Of a stretch of DNA of 64,000 nt, positions 1-11,543 are shown in pieces; within the stretch, counting starts at the first letter, position 1; each line of letters begins with the position of its first letter. The notes under the pieces are model-generated. The model was given only the letters and a program-made list of their open reading frames with translations. It made no database searches and was not told where the DNA came from. Location of the stretch: positions 25,027,297 through 25,091,296 of the forward strand of contig JARFYF010000029.1 of assembly GCA_030265395.1 (NCBI GenBank), in the 5' to 3' direction. This DNA is from Rhina ancylostomus (Eukaryota). Both the position numbers and the translations under genes were made by a program.

Positions 1-440
1 CTTTGTCACATCCTCAAAGAATTCAATCAGGCTCGTGAGGCACGACCTGCCCCTCACAAAGCCATACTGACTGTCCCTAATCAGCCGATGCTTCTCGAAA
101 TGTCCATAAATCCTGCCTCTAAGAATCTTCTCCAGTAATTTGCCCATCACTGAAGTAAGACTCACTGGTCTGTAATTCCCAGAGGTGTCCTAACTCCCTT
201 TCTTAAACAAAGGAACAACATTTACCACCCTCCAATCATCTGGCACTACACCTGTGGCCAGTGAGGAAACAAAGCCCATTGCCAACGGTGCAGCAATGTC
301 TTCCCTCACTTCCGTAATAACCTTGGCTATATCCCATCCGGTCCCGTGACTTATCTATCCTAATGTTTTTCAAAACTTCCAGCACATCCTCTTTCCTCAT
401 GTCGATATGCTGTAGCCTGTCAGCCTGTTTTATGCCATCC
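1..440 (-). mobile_element. CR1-clade LINE ORF2 (reverse transcriptase) fragment, runs off the window edge
   Basis: Minus strand reads GNYRPVSLTSVMGKLLEKIL...LIRDSQYGFVRGRSCLTSLIEFFEDVTK, the canonical CR1 RT N-terminal motifs. Confidence 0.9.
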
Positions 441-760
441 TCACAAACAATATTATAATCACCTGACAACCAAACAGATCTGAAGAGTGAAATCACAAAG
501 AATCTTAACCAGTGTCTCTTGCAACCACAACAATTATCTTGAATAATGCCTTGGCAATATGACATCATTCTGCAGCTGTAAAGTGTATGGATACTACTCC
601 CACACACAGTGCCCTTCATAAGACAGATAAGAAAATCAACTAACCATTATTTCATGACTTAACTAAAACAAATGCCATACTTTATGTACAATATTTCAAG
701 CCACTATTGTTGTCAAACAGGAAGATTATAGAATTGAAAATATTGTTTTGAAATTCTTCA

Positions 761-2620
761 TTTATTAGGCTGGATTCAGTTTTTTATTTGCATTATCTGT
801 CACTTCACTGTTGTCAGTACACAAAAGTGACATCAGTTCATTGTGAAGTTACTGGTAAAGATTACATTTGACAACCCTAAAATTATATACTTACCTGAAA
901 AGTTGGTTTTCTTTATTATTTAGTGTTGGGTTTCCCAAGTTTCACCATTTGTACAAAGAGTCGCAAAGGCAGAGCAGTTTAGTTTTCATTTTAAGAGAAA
1001 TATTAGTGAAAGTGGGATTTGTTGCTGTAACCCTGGCAACATTAACCAAGTTCATTCATTGGGATTATTATTTTCATTTTGTAATTCTGATCAGGCAGCC
1101 TGGTGCTCATATTTCTGAAGCTGATGGCCGCTTATGTATGTAATAATATCATAGCAATTACAATCCAATGTCTTCTCCTGTATTACTTTATTATTAATTT
1201 TTATCAGTGTATTCCACATGGTCTAGAACTAAAAGTAGCTAGTTACTTCTGAAGCAAGTTGGGCGCTTATGAGGATGGAAGAGCAATGAAAAAGAGCCAA
1301 GAGCTGCAGCTGGGAGGACAGTGACCCACAAAGTTGACTGTACATCACAAAGGCCTCTGCTGACGAATTTCCCACAACAGCTTCAATGAGGTGCAGGCTG
1401 ACCTATTTATTTCTACTAGTTTCTCTAGCCAACTTCGTGGTTGAAATCCCTCATGCCTGGAACTGTTCTGGTAAATTTTCTCCATGTTTCCTTTGGGACC
1501 TTCACATCCTTCCTAAGTTGTGTCCACCAGACACAATGGAACTGTGCACTTTGCAAACAATGTTGTGACTACCCAATTTTCATTCATTATTTTTCCTAGA
1601 AATTAGACAGCACAGTGCACAAAATATATGTCTCAAAACGATCTAATTTCTCAGTATATGCCTCCAAATATACAGTAAAATGTACAATAGTTCTGATCTG
1701 CTCCTCCTCTTTCTGGAACCAGGTACTTCTTGTATTCATATAATCTGAAAAGGCATGATTTACTTCCTCTTTTGCCAGAAACCCTTTACTCTGTGATTCC
1801 ACAGATAGCTGGAAACCACTCAGGCTACGTCATGAACAAAGAAAAACCTATAAACCTAAACCCTAGGGCTGTCCTGAATGATGATTGAAAGACACCAAAT
1901 ATAAATATCATACACAAAATAAAAGTTTTCATTTGAATTTGTCAAAACTTTAATGCTTGGCATTTTAGAAAAGCAAAGCAGATTGCTACCTTTTGACTTC
2001 AAATGGGAAAAACATTTAATGACTAGAAGTATCCGTTGGTGTTGGACTAACTAATAACAGAAACTTATGACAGCAAAAATAAAAGTTTGGTCTGAAATTA
2101 CTGTCTAAAGTTTTACTTTGCATTTGAGAGAGAAAAAAATGGTCAATTAATTACACTAGGAAACTTTTATGCAGTTTCCGTAAAAAGTAAATGTCATTCA
2201 ATCAATTTTTTTTACCAAGTTAATGTTAGGTAAGATTATTTCTCTTAGGCAGTGTTCTTTTGACATTTGTAAGACATTTCAAAAACATTGTTGTCAGATT
2301 CACTGCTGAACTTTTTGAAGCCTATATTAATATTTTGCATCACAATGGAAATTAAGGCTGTAATTATGTTTGTTTATTCTAAGAACACAATGCATTATAA
2401 AATATGTTTTGAATATGTGATTAATTCTGTTTTGTAATAATGTTAGAAATGTTAGTAATCATCTTGTTGATGTGTGAAATGGAAGATGTGTGCATTCAGA
2501 AAAGCAATGGTTATCTCAGTATTCAAATGGTTAACTATCCCGAAAACCAATTTCAGTCCTTCATAAAAATACAACTGCTGCCTCTCCTTATATCTTTCAA
2601 TCAAAGTTCAAATTCCTTTA
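761..2620 (-). other. PPP1R3A: Probable PPP1R3A 3' UTR with candidate AATAAA polyadenylation signals
   Basis: AT-rich sequence downstream of the stop codon. Minus-strand AATAAA at 2373-2378, 1187-1192, 912-917, 783-788 and 761-766. The true 3' end cannot be determined from sequence. Confidence 0.45.
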
Positions 2621-5290
2621 TCAGTCTTTTTTGACAGAATCACTGTTTGTTTCACCTTCACAATACAGCCAATACAATGAAAAAAGATATAGTGCAAAAC
2701 ACCCTATAAAATCATAATGATAAATAGTAACAAGAAAAACAACAAACAAAACAAAATAGCAAACTTTCCATACTGTGCTTTTCAAAGCAACTTCATTTGC
2801 AAATGGTTCACTATTCAATCGTGAATCAATACTGGCAAAATCACTGTCATGAGCTTCCCCCACCTGCTCAACCCTGTGTGTTCTTTCACTACATTCTTTA
2901 GACTTTAAATGTTTTGAATTTGGGTGGATATCATTTATAACATCAGTGTTTGTTTCCTTCCCATCATCCTCTTTAATTGGTGTACTAATCGACCTGACTG
3001 GATCTAAACATTTGTGGTGGTTACTCAACTCAGAATTCTGTGGCGATGTACCCACTCTATTTTTCTTCCCTTTAGTTTCACTTAAAGTGTAATTGGTTGA
3101 GCCTAGTCTTGTATTAACTTTAGGGTTTGCTGCATGTTGATTTGTGCTCCTATTTGTTGGTATACGTTGAGTGTCATGAAACATTTCTACCTTATCAAAA
3201 TAATGGGCACCCATTGATTCAGAAAACATATCAACTGTTTCTCTTTCACTCTCCACAACAATTTCATTATCTATCTCACAACTATTCTTATCAGCCTTCT
3301 CACATTCTGCACTGATACCATGGGCGGCTGCTTCTCCTGCTGTCAGTTCAGGAGTACGCACAGCTTCAGTTGCCATTAGAGGTACAACTGTGACATTACA
3401 TATCTGGGTAAATTTCACAGATTCGTCAGTTTTGCCATACAAATTGCTTTTTATGCTAGAGGTTTCTTCATCCTCAAGATCCACTTTTCCCAGCTGTAAA
3501 GACTCCTTAACATCTGGCACACTGTAATTACGTGTGTAGTCAATTTCTGAAATATTGCAGTTGTGTGTAACCTTTACCCTCTTCACATTCTCAATGCCCT
3601 TCTCCTTGTAATGCCCCTCCTCTCCTGGGAACTCTGGAAGGTTAATGGCCATTTGCTTTCCAACCTCTGTGTGCATTTGTTTGACTTCACAATTTTTAAA
3701 TCCAAAAATATTTTCAGGAATTTTTTCACTTGTCCCAGTTATTTCATGAGATAATCTTTTTTCTGCTTCTTCCCGAAGATCAGGAACCACCTTCACTAAA
3801 TTGGCCATATCTAGATGTACAGTGTCTTCTGAAAGAGGTGGAGATGTCCATGTATGTAGACTTACTCTGGGAGTTGTTTCTTCATCTGTGTTTTTCTGAG
3901 TGGCATGATATGCAGCCTTTTCCATTTGCACATGCATTGTGCTAGTTTCAGTTACGAGTTCACCAATCTGTGAACCACTTTTTGTATTGTGTTCATCGGT
4001 AACATGGATTTTTGAAGGCTCTCCATGCATTGATGTTAAATTCAAAACTGTGGTCACTTTCTGCTTTGAAAGTTGTGCACCATTTGATAATGCCTTTGCT
4101 TTTTGTGATTCAGATGTGAAAGTTCTTCCTTCATCTCCAGTAATTTCAAACAAAGCTGCTTCAATTGCTTCCTTTACCATTGAATCAGCTAACATATGTG
4201 ATGGAACATTAATAGACTGCTCTGCAATTTGTATGCCTCCTACTTTATCTTCTTTTTCTTCATCAGCAACATCTTTGCCTGTTGAATCATTCTCTGGAAT
4301 TTGTATCATAGATGGAATCATTTTATCAGTTCTGTTTGCTGGATTTTGGTCTTGTGCACTTTCTGCCTCCTTGTTCTGTGAATAAGGTTTCTTGGAAAAG
4401 TCTTCTGGCTTTATAGCTTCCAAATTTTCAGCTTCAGTGTAACATTGGGACAGCTCCCGTTGGTCATTTATACTTGCACTGAATACTTGTACTTCTTCTG
4501 ATGAGACTGATCCATGAAATGAAGAACTGATTCTCTCTGGCTCAAATTTGGGCTTAATGTTGGTGCATACTGCAGAAACAGGGAAGGATACAGATGCATT
4601 GACTAATGATGTGTCACCAATCAAATAAGTATCTTCACCACTTCTATCTTCAGAGTCTGTGGAATTTTGTACTAAGTCTGTAGGATTTGATGTGATAGTA
4701 GCAAGCTTACCACATCTGCCCATAACATCCTGAATGATTCCTGAGTTATCTTGCATATCACTAGCAGACGCGCTGTGTGAGTTGTATCCCAAGGGTCTAT
4801 TAATTTCTGGTTCAGATTTAGTTAATGTATCAATTACATGCGATGTAATGGTTTCATTCGTTTTCTGAGAGAAAGGAAGATTATCTTCATGCTGTAAATG
4901 TGCTCCATTTATAGTAAACAATTCTGAAGATTGGGTCATTATGTTGTTAGTGCTTGTTGCAACATTTGCACGATCTGTTGTTTCCGTTCTACTTATATAT
5001 CTACTATGACTCTGTGTTTTGAGATCAGCAGTGTTTCTGTTGCTTGCTGAAGGGAATCCAACCCATTCAAATTCTTTCTCTTGCTCTACCTTGTTCTCTG
5101 TGTACTTACTTGTGCTTGCAAAATTGATATGTTCTAAGTCTTTCTGCTGATTGACTGGTGATTCACTGGTGATTATAGCTGCATTCTTCTCATTCTCTTC
5201 TTTGACATTATAGTGTAATCCTTCCAATTGTGTTAAATTAGTTTCTTGGCCTCTTGGGTTTGTCAGTGAAATATGCAATGGTGGATGTAT
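2621..5290 (-). CDS. PPP1R3A: PPP1R3A coding exon 4 (889 aa; acidic Ser/Thr-rich region and C-terminal membrane anchor)
   Basis: Lies within the 902-aa ORF 2621..5329. Acceptor ttgatttgtttttgcag|ATA at 5290 is phase 0. The C-terminus VWKVCYFVLFVVFLVTIYHYDFIGCFALYLFSLYWLY resembles the GM sarcoplasmic-reticulum anchor. Confidence 0.92.
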   Translation of the reverse strand: MHPPLHISLTNPRGQETNLTQLEGLHYNVKEENEKNAAIITSESPVNQQKDLEHINFASTSKYTENKVEQEKEFEWVGFPSASNRNTADLKTQSHSRYISRTETTDRANVATSTNNIMTQSSELFTINGAHLQHEDNLPFSQKTNETITSHVIDTLTKSEPEINRPLGYNSHSASASDMQDNSGIIQDVMGRCGKLATITSNPTDLVQNSTDSEDRSGEDTYLIGDTSLVNASVSFPVSAVCTNIKPKFEPERISSSFHGSVSSEEVQVFSASINDQRELSQCYTEAENLEAIKPEDFSKKPYSQNKEAESAQDQNPANRTDKMIPSMIQIPENDSTGKDVADEEKEDKVGGIQIAEQSINVPSHMLADSMVKEAIEAALFEITGDEGRTFTSESQKAKALSNGAQLSKQKVTTVLNLTSMHGEPSKIHVTDEHNTKSGSQIGELVTETSTMHVQMEKAAYHATQKNTDEETTPRVSLHTWTSPPLSEDTVHLDMANLVKVVPDLREEAEKRLSHEITGTSEKIPENIFGFKNCEVKQMHTEVGKQMAINLPEFPGEEGHYKEKGIENVKRVKVTHNCNISEIDYTRNYSVPDVKESLQLGKVDLEDEETSSIKSNLYGKTDESVKFTQICNVTVVPLMATEAVRTPELTAGEAAAHGISAECEKADKNSCEIDNEIVVESERETVDMFSESMGAHYFDKVEMFHDTQRIPTNRSTNQHAANPKVNTRLGSTNYTLSETKGKKNRVGTSPQNSELSNHHKCLDPVRSISTPIKEDDGKETNTDVINDIHPNSKHLKSKECSERTHRVEQVGEAHDSDFASIDSRLNSEPFANEVALKSTVWKVCYFVLFVVFLVTIYHYDFIGCFALYLFSLYWLYCEGETNSDSVKKD

Positions 5291-5667
5291 CTGCAAAAAC
5301 AAATCAATCAACGGCAACATTACATGCATACATTTATGCCTTCATCAAAAATAACTGCACACATTTAGTGATCACTCTCATTTAGTAAATACTCAAACAC
5401 TGCCCTGAAAATGAAAGCCTCATTAAATAAGCCAACTAATCACATTCATCAGTGGTGATATCAATGTACTAAAATTATTTAAACCTGTTCCCAGCCCAAG
5501 AAGATGAATGCCCAGATTTTGCTATTAAAAAATAGGCGACACGTTGATGATGAGTGGCATTGCAGATNNNNNNNNNNNNNNNNNNNNNNNNNNNNNNNNN
5601 NNNNNNNNNNNNNNNNNNNNNNNNNNNNNNNNNNNNNNNNNNNNNNNNNNNNNNNNNNNNNNNNNNN

Positions 5668-5990
5668 GAGTGGCATTGCAGATAGTGCAGCTGCCTCACA
5701 GCTCTGATACCAGGGTTCACTTCTGACCTCTAGTTCCATTGATAATGAGTTTGTACATTCTCCCTGTGACCATGTGGGTCTCCTCCAAAGTCTCAAGGAC
5801 ATGCTGGTTGGTTGATTAGCTATTGTAAATTACCTCTATTGTAGGTAGCTGGTGGGAGCATTAAGGCATGTTAATGTGTACGTGTGAGAGGAAATAAGGT
5901 ACGGGGAAATAAGTGGGGTGGGGGTGTGATTGAAGGGATTGCTCTGATTTAATGGACTGCATGGTCTTCTTCTATGGTGTAAGGAGTTAT
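5668..5990 (+). mobile_element. tRNA-derived V-SINE (HE1-like), degenerate
   Basis: tRNA-like head followed by the V-domain signature tttgtacattctccctgtgaccatgtggg, shared with the copies at 15.3, 28.6 and 30.8 kb. Confidence 0.75.
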
Positions 5991-7439
5991 GGAAAACTGC
6001 TGGTGATTACCATTGTTACATCATGAAATGGACAGCGATGTCTGGAGCCTGAAAGGTAAAAATCCAGATGTGCAGTACAGCAACGTTCTCCAGAGATAGC
6101 TTCAGAAGTTTTTGATCTGAAATGAACTTCAGTGATTTACAAAGCATTTGCATATCAAAAGGTCCTGAAAATGTTATATTCTGTTGTGTGGTGTGAGGCC
6201 TACCAAGCATTAATTACAATCTGACAGCAGCTTAACCCTGGGAAAGAAAAATTATATGTATCTCAAGCATTTGTCCATTTGTGTTTTATAAGTTTTATTT
6301 TTATTTTTTAGCTTACGATTTTTAAACTTCTAACTTAGTTTCATGTCATTTCTGATCTTTATTTCATTTTCTGTTTTAAAACTATTATTTTAAGTGGTTT
6401 AAAAGTTAGTTAAAAATGTATCCTTTCACTTTCTGGTTTGCTGAGTGTGAGAATGTGATTGGCTGCTCAGCCTGCTTGATGGTGCTGGATGCAAGTATTC
6501 CTTTGGAAGTGATGCATAACAGCAATTGTTTTCTGTAAACCGGGAGTCCACACCATCAATATTACTAGACCTTTGTTTGCTGCTTTCTTTGAAATTAGTG
6601 GTGAGTGCTGTTGATTTGCTGTCAATTGCAAAATCCAAGTCAATTGGGAAATTTAAATCTGCAGTCACAAACAAGGTCTGCTAAATATGATATGACTGAC
6701 TACATAGATTCAATGACCTGTGCTTCATGCCAAGAGTAAGCTATTAATCAAACACTCAACCAAAACATTCTTTAAACTCTATAAGTTGGTAGTGTTGCCT
6801 TACTATGAGGCTCACTTGCATATGATAAACTATGGCTCCTTGAGAAAATCAATCTAGACCAGTGGGTTTAAGAGAAATGCTTTGACAAAATTATATCAGT
6901 TCATATCAAAATAAATTATATAATCCTTCCTTCATTTGTATTATACAGAAGATGAGAATTAGTGAGATGTTTGAAGCTCCTGTTTTAAAGTTTGAATTTA
7001 ATCTCAAGTAGGTTTCAGGTGGGGATCAGTGGGGGTAAAGATTCCTCCTGGCCCTGGCTACTTTAACTCCCTAGCCTCATCCACATGCCACCAGTTAGCT
7101 GCACACCAGAAATGGGCAGTAAGTGTCATCTGGATGACATTTGGAGTTGTGAGTCCAAAAACCAGACCAAAGGGATGTCTTNNNNNNNNNNNNNNNNNNN
7201 NNNNNNNNNNNNNNNNNNNNNNNNNNNNNNNNNNNNNNNNNNNNNNNNNNNNNNNNNNNNNNNNNNNNNNNNNNNNNNNNNTGCCAGTGAACAACCAAAC
7301 CCCAGGAGGGTGGACCAAGCAGGGACCTATGGGAATGAAGCTGAGGGGAACAGAGGGTGGTGAACATGTCTTTGATGGTAGGAGCTAGGCCTACTGACTC
7401 CAAGCAAAAGAAAGGCTACATTAATTCTTCTACTAATAT

Positions 7440-7640
7440 CATGGGATCTTTCAAACCCACCCAAGAAGACAGAAGGGGCATCAGTTTAATGTCTTTTCTG
7501 AATAATGGCATCTCTGACAGCAAGTCACTCAAGGAGCACTGCATTGAGTACTTGTAATTAAGTACTCAAGTCCAGGAAAGGGACGTGAATAAAAAAACCC
7601 CTCTTACTCAGGAGTGAGAATCCTGCCATTGCACAAAGGC
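7440..7640 (-). mobile_element. Deu-domain SINE (SacSINE1/AmnSINE-like) fragment
   Basis: gggatctttc...gtttaatgtc...ggcatctctgacag...ctcaagtcc...ctcaggagtgagaa is similar to the copy at 38.3-38.6 kb and to the recalled family consensus. Confidence 0.6.
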
Positions 7641-8619
7641 TAGGGTATTATTTCATGGCATTGAAATGAATGATGAATAAACATTAAAAGACTTCAGATT
7701 TTGTATGCCAGAAAAAAATTTGCATTTTCAATGGTGTAAGTTAACTGATTGTTTTGTAGCAAACACTTTAAAATTGTGCACAAAACAAAGAATGAAATTG
7801 TTGCATTATTTAGTATTAGCTGAAAGTCACATTTAAAACAGACAGAAATTTGCATATCTAATATATTATTTATAATTTCAATATGAAAAGAGGATCTAAA
7901 AGGCCATTTCACATAAGATGTGCCATTTATTTGACAGACTCATAAGAGTGAAAACCTTTAATCAACACACTTCATTCATTTTTATTTGGAATCAAATTTC
8001 CATGAACTCTACATAGTGGGGATCCTGAATTACTATGCAACTGAAATCTGACAGTATTTTGTGTTTCATTGACTAGCACACCTATGATGAACAATGAGTA
8101 CTATCTTACAAAAATCAAGTACAAGTAATGGATGTGCTTTGTATCAAAGTTAATGATCACAGTAGACATTGTGGGATCTGCATATAAAGCTGCAGCATTA
8201 GTTCACCAGAAACTTGGATGGTTTATGGAAATTGCAAACAAGCTACAACAGTCAATTTGAAAGAGTGATGAATATAAATTCACATTGGAACAAACAATCC
8301 TTCTCAAAGCAGAGCAGCTGAGGAAACCATTATGGAGGAACATAATGTAGAGGAATGAAATGGAAGAAGAAGCAAATACGCAGTTTGTTTGAGAATAACT
8401 GAAGCATGAGAGAAGTCTGATCAAACATTGTTTTGAATTTAGTTCTGTGAGAAGGATACAGACTCATTGGTAAATTGAAATTTGGATCATCTGTGCTCAA
8501 ATTTTCGCAATGCATATCCATTAAGATGGCAAGCCCGACAATTTCATCGAAAAGTTTTGCTGTCAATCAGACTATGAAAGATACACTGGGGTTTAAATTT
8601 AACATCACTCTGTCATTAG

Positions 8620-9100
8620 AAGATATGAAACAGGAGCATCCAGTCCTTTGAGTCTACTCTGCCATTTATCACGATCATGACTGATTTTCTACCTCAGCAC
8701 CATTTTCTTACAGTGATCCAATATCCCTTGAATTCTTTAATCCCTGGGAATTAATTGACCCGTTCTGAATGAACTCAATGACTAAGATGCCATAGCCTCT
8801 GGAATAGAGAATCCTGACAATTCACAACCATATTTGTGAAGAAATTTCTTCTCATCCCAGTCCTAAATGGCCTGCATGGGCTGGCACATCTTTCTTTGCA
8901 GATCCCATCATTTTCCCTACAACCAACATTAGGCTAAGGAGTCAGTTGTTCCCAGTTTTCTTTCTTAAACTGTGGTGGTCTGCATTTGCTACCTTCTAAT
9001 CCACAGGAACAATTCAAGAATCTATGGAACTTTGGAAAATGGTAACTAAGGTGTCCATTATCTCTATAGCCACCTCTTTCAAAACTCCGCAGCGCAAAAG
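8620..9100 (-). mobile_element. CR1 LINE remnant (3' end plus ORF2 fragment)
   Basis: Typical CR1 3' tail. The minus-strand ORF contains VLKEVAIEIMDTLVTIFQSSIDS. Confidence 0.75.
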
Positions 9101-9659
9101 ACACAAAATAGGATCAATAACTATTAATTTAATGGAAGGCTCAAGCATCTGAAGCACTATTAAATCAGTTGTCTTTTTTAAGGGAGCATTGCATTTGTAG
9201 AGTTTGGTATTTATTGACTTCAATAGAATGAATGTCAGAGGCAAGGTGGAAAGCACTGGCAGTGGTGCCAATGGAAGATGAATTTCTAAGCATTTAATTC
9301 CAATTCAGTCACTTGCTTTCACATTTCAAATCATGGTAGCCAAACTTCCATCTCATATTCCTCAGTTCCACATTAGTGCTCTTTAAACTTAAATGTTTCA
9401 AGTTAATAAAATAATCAAGTTAATAAAATTGCAATCCTAAACACTTTTAGCAGAATTAAAACAAGGTTCCATTTCTTTATAAAACATACATTATTTTGTT
9501 TTTGGATATATTTTGCATTTTGGTAAAAACAAAACTTGCTTTGTACTTTATTGCCCTTGCTTCCTTATTTCATAATTTGATAAGTTTCAGCAGTTTCTTG
9601 CATTTTTTTCCACATCCCGTTATTACCTACTGTGCCTCAAATAGGTCATTGCCTGTTAT

Positions 9660-10120
9660 TGTAGGGCTTGTTTTAATTCAGGCAATGCTGCACTTAATTG
9701 GCTGGATAATCGAAAACAGAGGGTAGTTATCAATGATAATTGTTCTAATTGGTGAATAGTGACTAGTAGAAACCCCCAGTGATCAGGTCTTCAACCCTGA
9801 TTGTTAAGATCTTGCTGAGATTATTGTAAGCATTCCAATGAAATTTATGGATGACTCAAATTTATTTGTAAGCAGTATGTCCCTGTGAGAGCAAAACAGT
9901 TCAAAGATATCTACAAACACCTGGCAATTTGAGCAGATGAAAGTCAAATGACATTTCATATTGAGAAACATTAGGTTATCCACATGGTTTTAAAAGCAAA
10001 AAATAGAGTCAAATGTTAAATACTAAAGCACTAAAAGCCAGCTGTGCAGTTCACAAAATGTTAAAAGTTTGCTCACATTGTACTGTGATGACTCACAGGA
10101 TTGATTTTGAGTCATCTTAC
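9660..10120 (+). mobile_element. Highly decayed CR1 RT fragment
   Basis: Reads WLDNRKQRVVIN followed by a degenerate VTSGVPQGS region. Confidence 0.6.
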
Positions 10121-11252
10121 TACTAGACAGCTTCTTAAAACTATAAGTTAATATCAGAAACCATCAAAATAGGGACCTACCAGTTTCAATATACAGCAGT
10201 ATGTATAGGTGAGGCTTTTTATTGCAATATTTATTATTGTGAAGTTTAATAAAAATGTCTATGTATTGGCAATTTTACCTGTCAAATCTGTGAAAGAAAC
10301 TCGGCTCTATTGATAAGATTATTATTTTATAGTCTTCAAAAATGTGTGTGTTATCGCTGTAAATGATGAAAGCAGCTAAATACAAAAATGCAAATCTTTT
10401 TTACAAAAAAAGACACACACTATTACAATTATATATTTTGGTGAATTGCAGTACTGACAAAAGAGAATGAGGCTGTTGCTAAGGAATATGAAATTTTCAA
10501 TTTGCTGCACGCAATGTCAGCACCAAGCAGTCCCCTGACAGGGTTTATCTATGAGGCATAATTCCCTCTGCTCTGTCTCAGCATTAAATCCTAAACCAGC
10601 ATGAAAAGCACATGCCTACTGTGCCAGCCTGACATTTCCATTTCCCACATTAACCNNNNNNNNNNNNNNNNNNNNNNNNNNNNNNNNNNNNNNNTGTGCT
10701 CCCAGTAGGAGTACACATTCAGAAAATTGGTCTTAGAGTGTCTGCTTAATGCCTGACTATTTTCCACAATGGACTCATATGTGTTTGAAATTGGGCTACA
10801 ACTGAGAGAAGTCATTTTACTTAGGAGCAACGCAGTTGACAGAGATTGATGATTTTGCTTCATCTAGCTGGGCTGAACCAAAGAGTGTCCAACCTTCACA
10901 TACACACCGTCCTATTTAAAACTGAATTGCAAACATGAGCCTGGTACTCATAATGCAGTTAAGATATTTGCTTCATAATTAATCGATAAAAGTTGAAGAA
11001 TAGGAATTACAGCTCATGTTTGACTATTACTTAAGTAGATTTTCAAGAAATGCATAGTTCAAGCTAAATGGCCAGAGAAACATGTCAGTTTGTCACAAGA
11101 CAGTACAGAAGAAACTGAGGAATTTGTGATTCCTTCCCAACTAACACAATGAATGTGCCAGAGTTTATTTGAGTAAAGGAGAAAAGAGGAAAATAGCATC
11201 AAAATGTAATTATAAAAATGTTTATAATGAATATCAAATAAACATTCATTAC

Positions 11253-11377
11253 CCGTGTGTCCAGTTGTTGTTCACTTTTTACTTCTTTTTGTTCTATATT
11301 TTCATTTAAAATGCTTTCAGAATTCCATTGTGGTATTATCTTCATTTCCAAAGTCATCTTTCTATTTTCCCGTTGTG
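11253..11377 (-). CDS. PPP1R3A: PPP1R3A coding exon 3 (125 bp)
   Basis: Acceptor ttttctcaaacccag|CA and donor CGG|gtaatg. Open frame AQRENRKMTLEMKIIPQWNSES...QQLDTR, phase 1 in and 0 out. Size matches the mammalian exon 3 as recalled. Confidence 0.85.
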
Positions 11378-11484
11378 CTGGGTTTGAGAAAATATGAAAC
11401 AATCATCAGTGACTTTGCACAGGAGCTTTTTTTTGAGGAATGTTATGTGAAAGGCATATACAGCATAAATGGAGCAACTTCTAC

Positions 11485-11543
11485 CTTCAGTACTTGTTAG
11501 GAACATGAGGCCTTCATCACAGGAAGTGTCCAGGATCTCTTTG
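11485..11543 (-). CDS. PPP1R3A: PPP1R3A coding exon 2 (59 bp)
   Basis: Acceptor ttgtattttctttgaag|C and donor GAAG|gtagaa. Encodes (S)KEILDTSCDEGLMFLTSTE, phase 2 in and 1 out. Size matches the mammalian exon 2 as recalled. Confidence 0.85.

Noticed and set aside
3939-4385. 148-aa plus-strand ORF (also 25515-26018)
   Set aside because: Antisense shadows of PPP1R3A coding exons.
5291-5329. ATG-initiated 902-aa ORF as a standalone gene
   Set aside because: The first 13 codons are intron (polypyrimidine tract plus CAG). The ORF is exon 4 of PPP1R3A.
5552-5683. Direct repeat gagtggcattgcagat flanking a 100-N gap
   Set aside because: Overlapping contig ends around a placeholder gap; an assembly artefact, not a TSD or CRISPR-like repeat.
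10279-10375. Possible extra cassette exon in intron 3 (good donor at 10279)
   Set aside because: All three candidate acceptors give in-frame stops in phase 0, and the gene model is complete without it.
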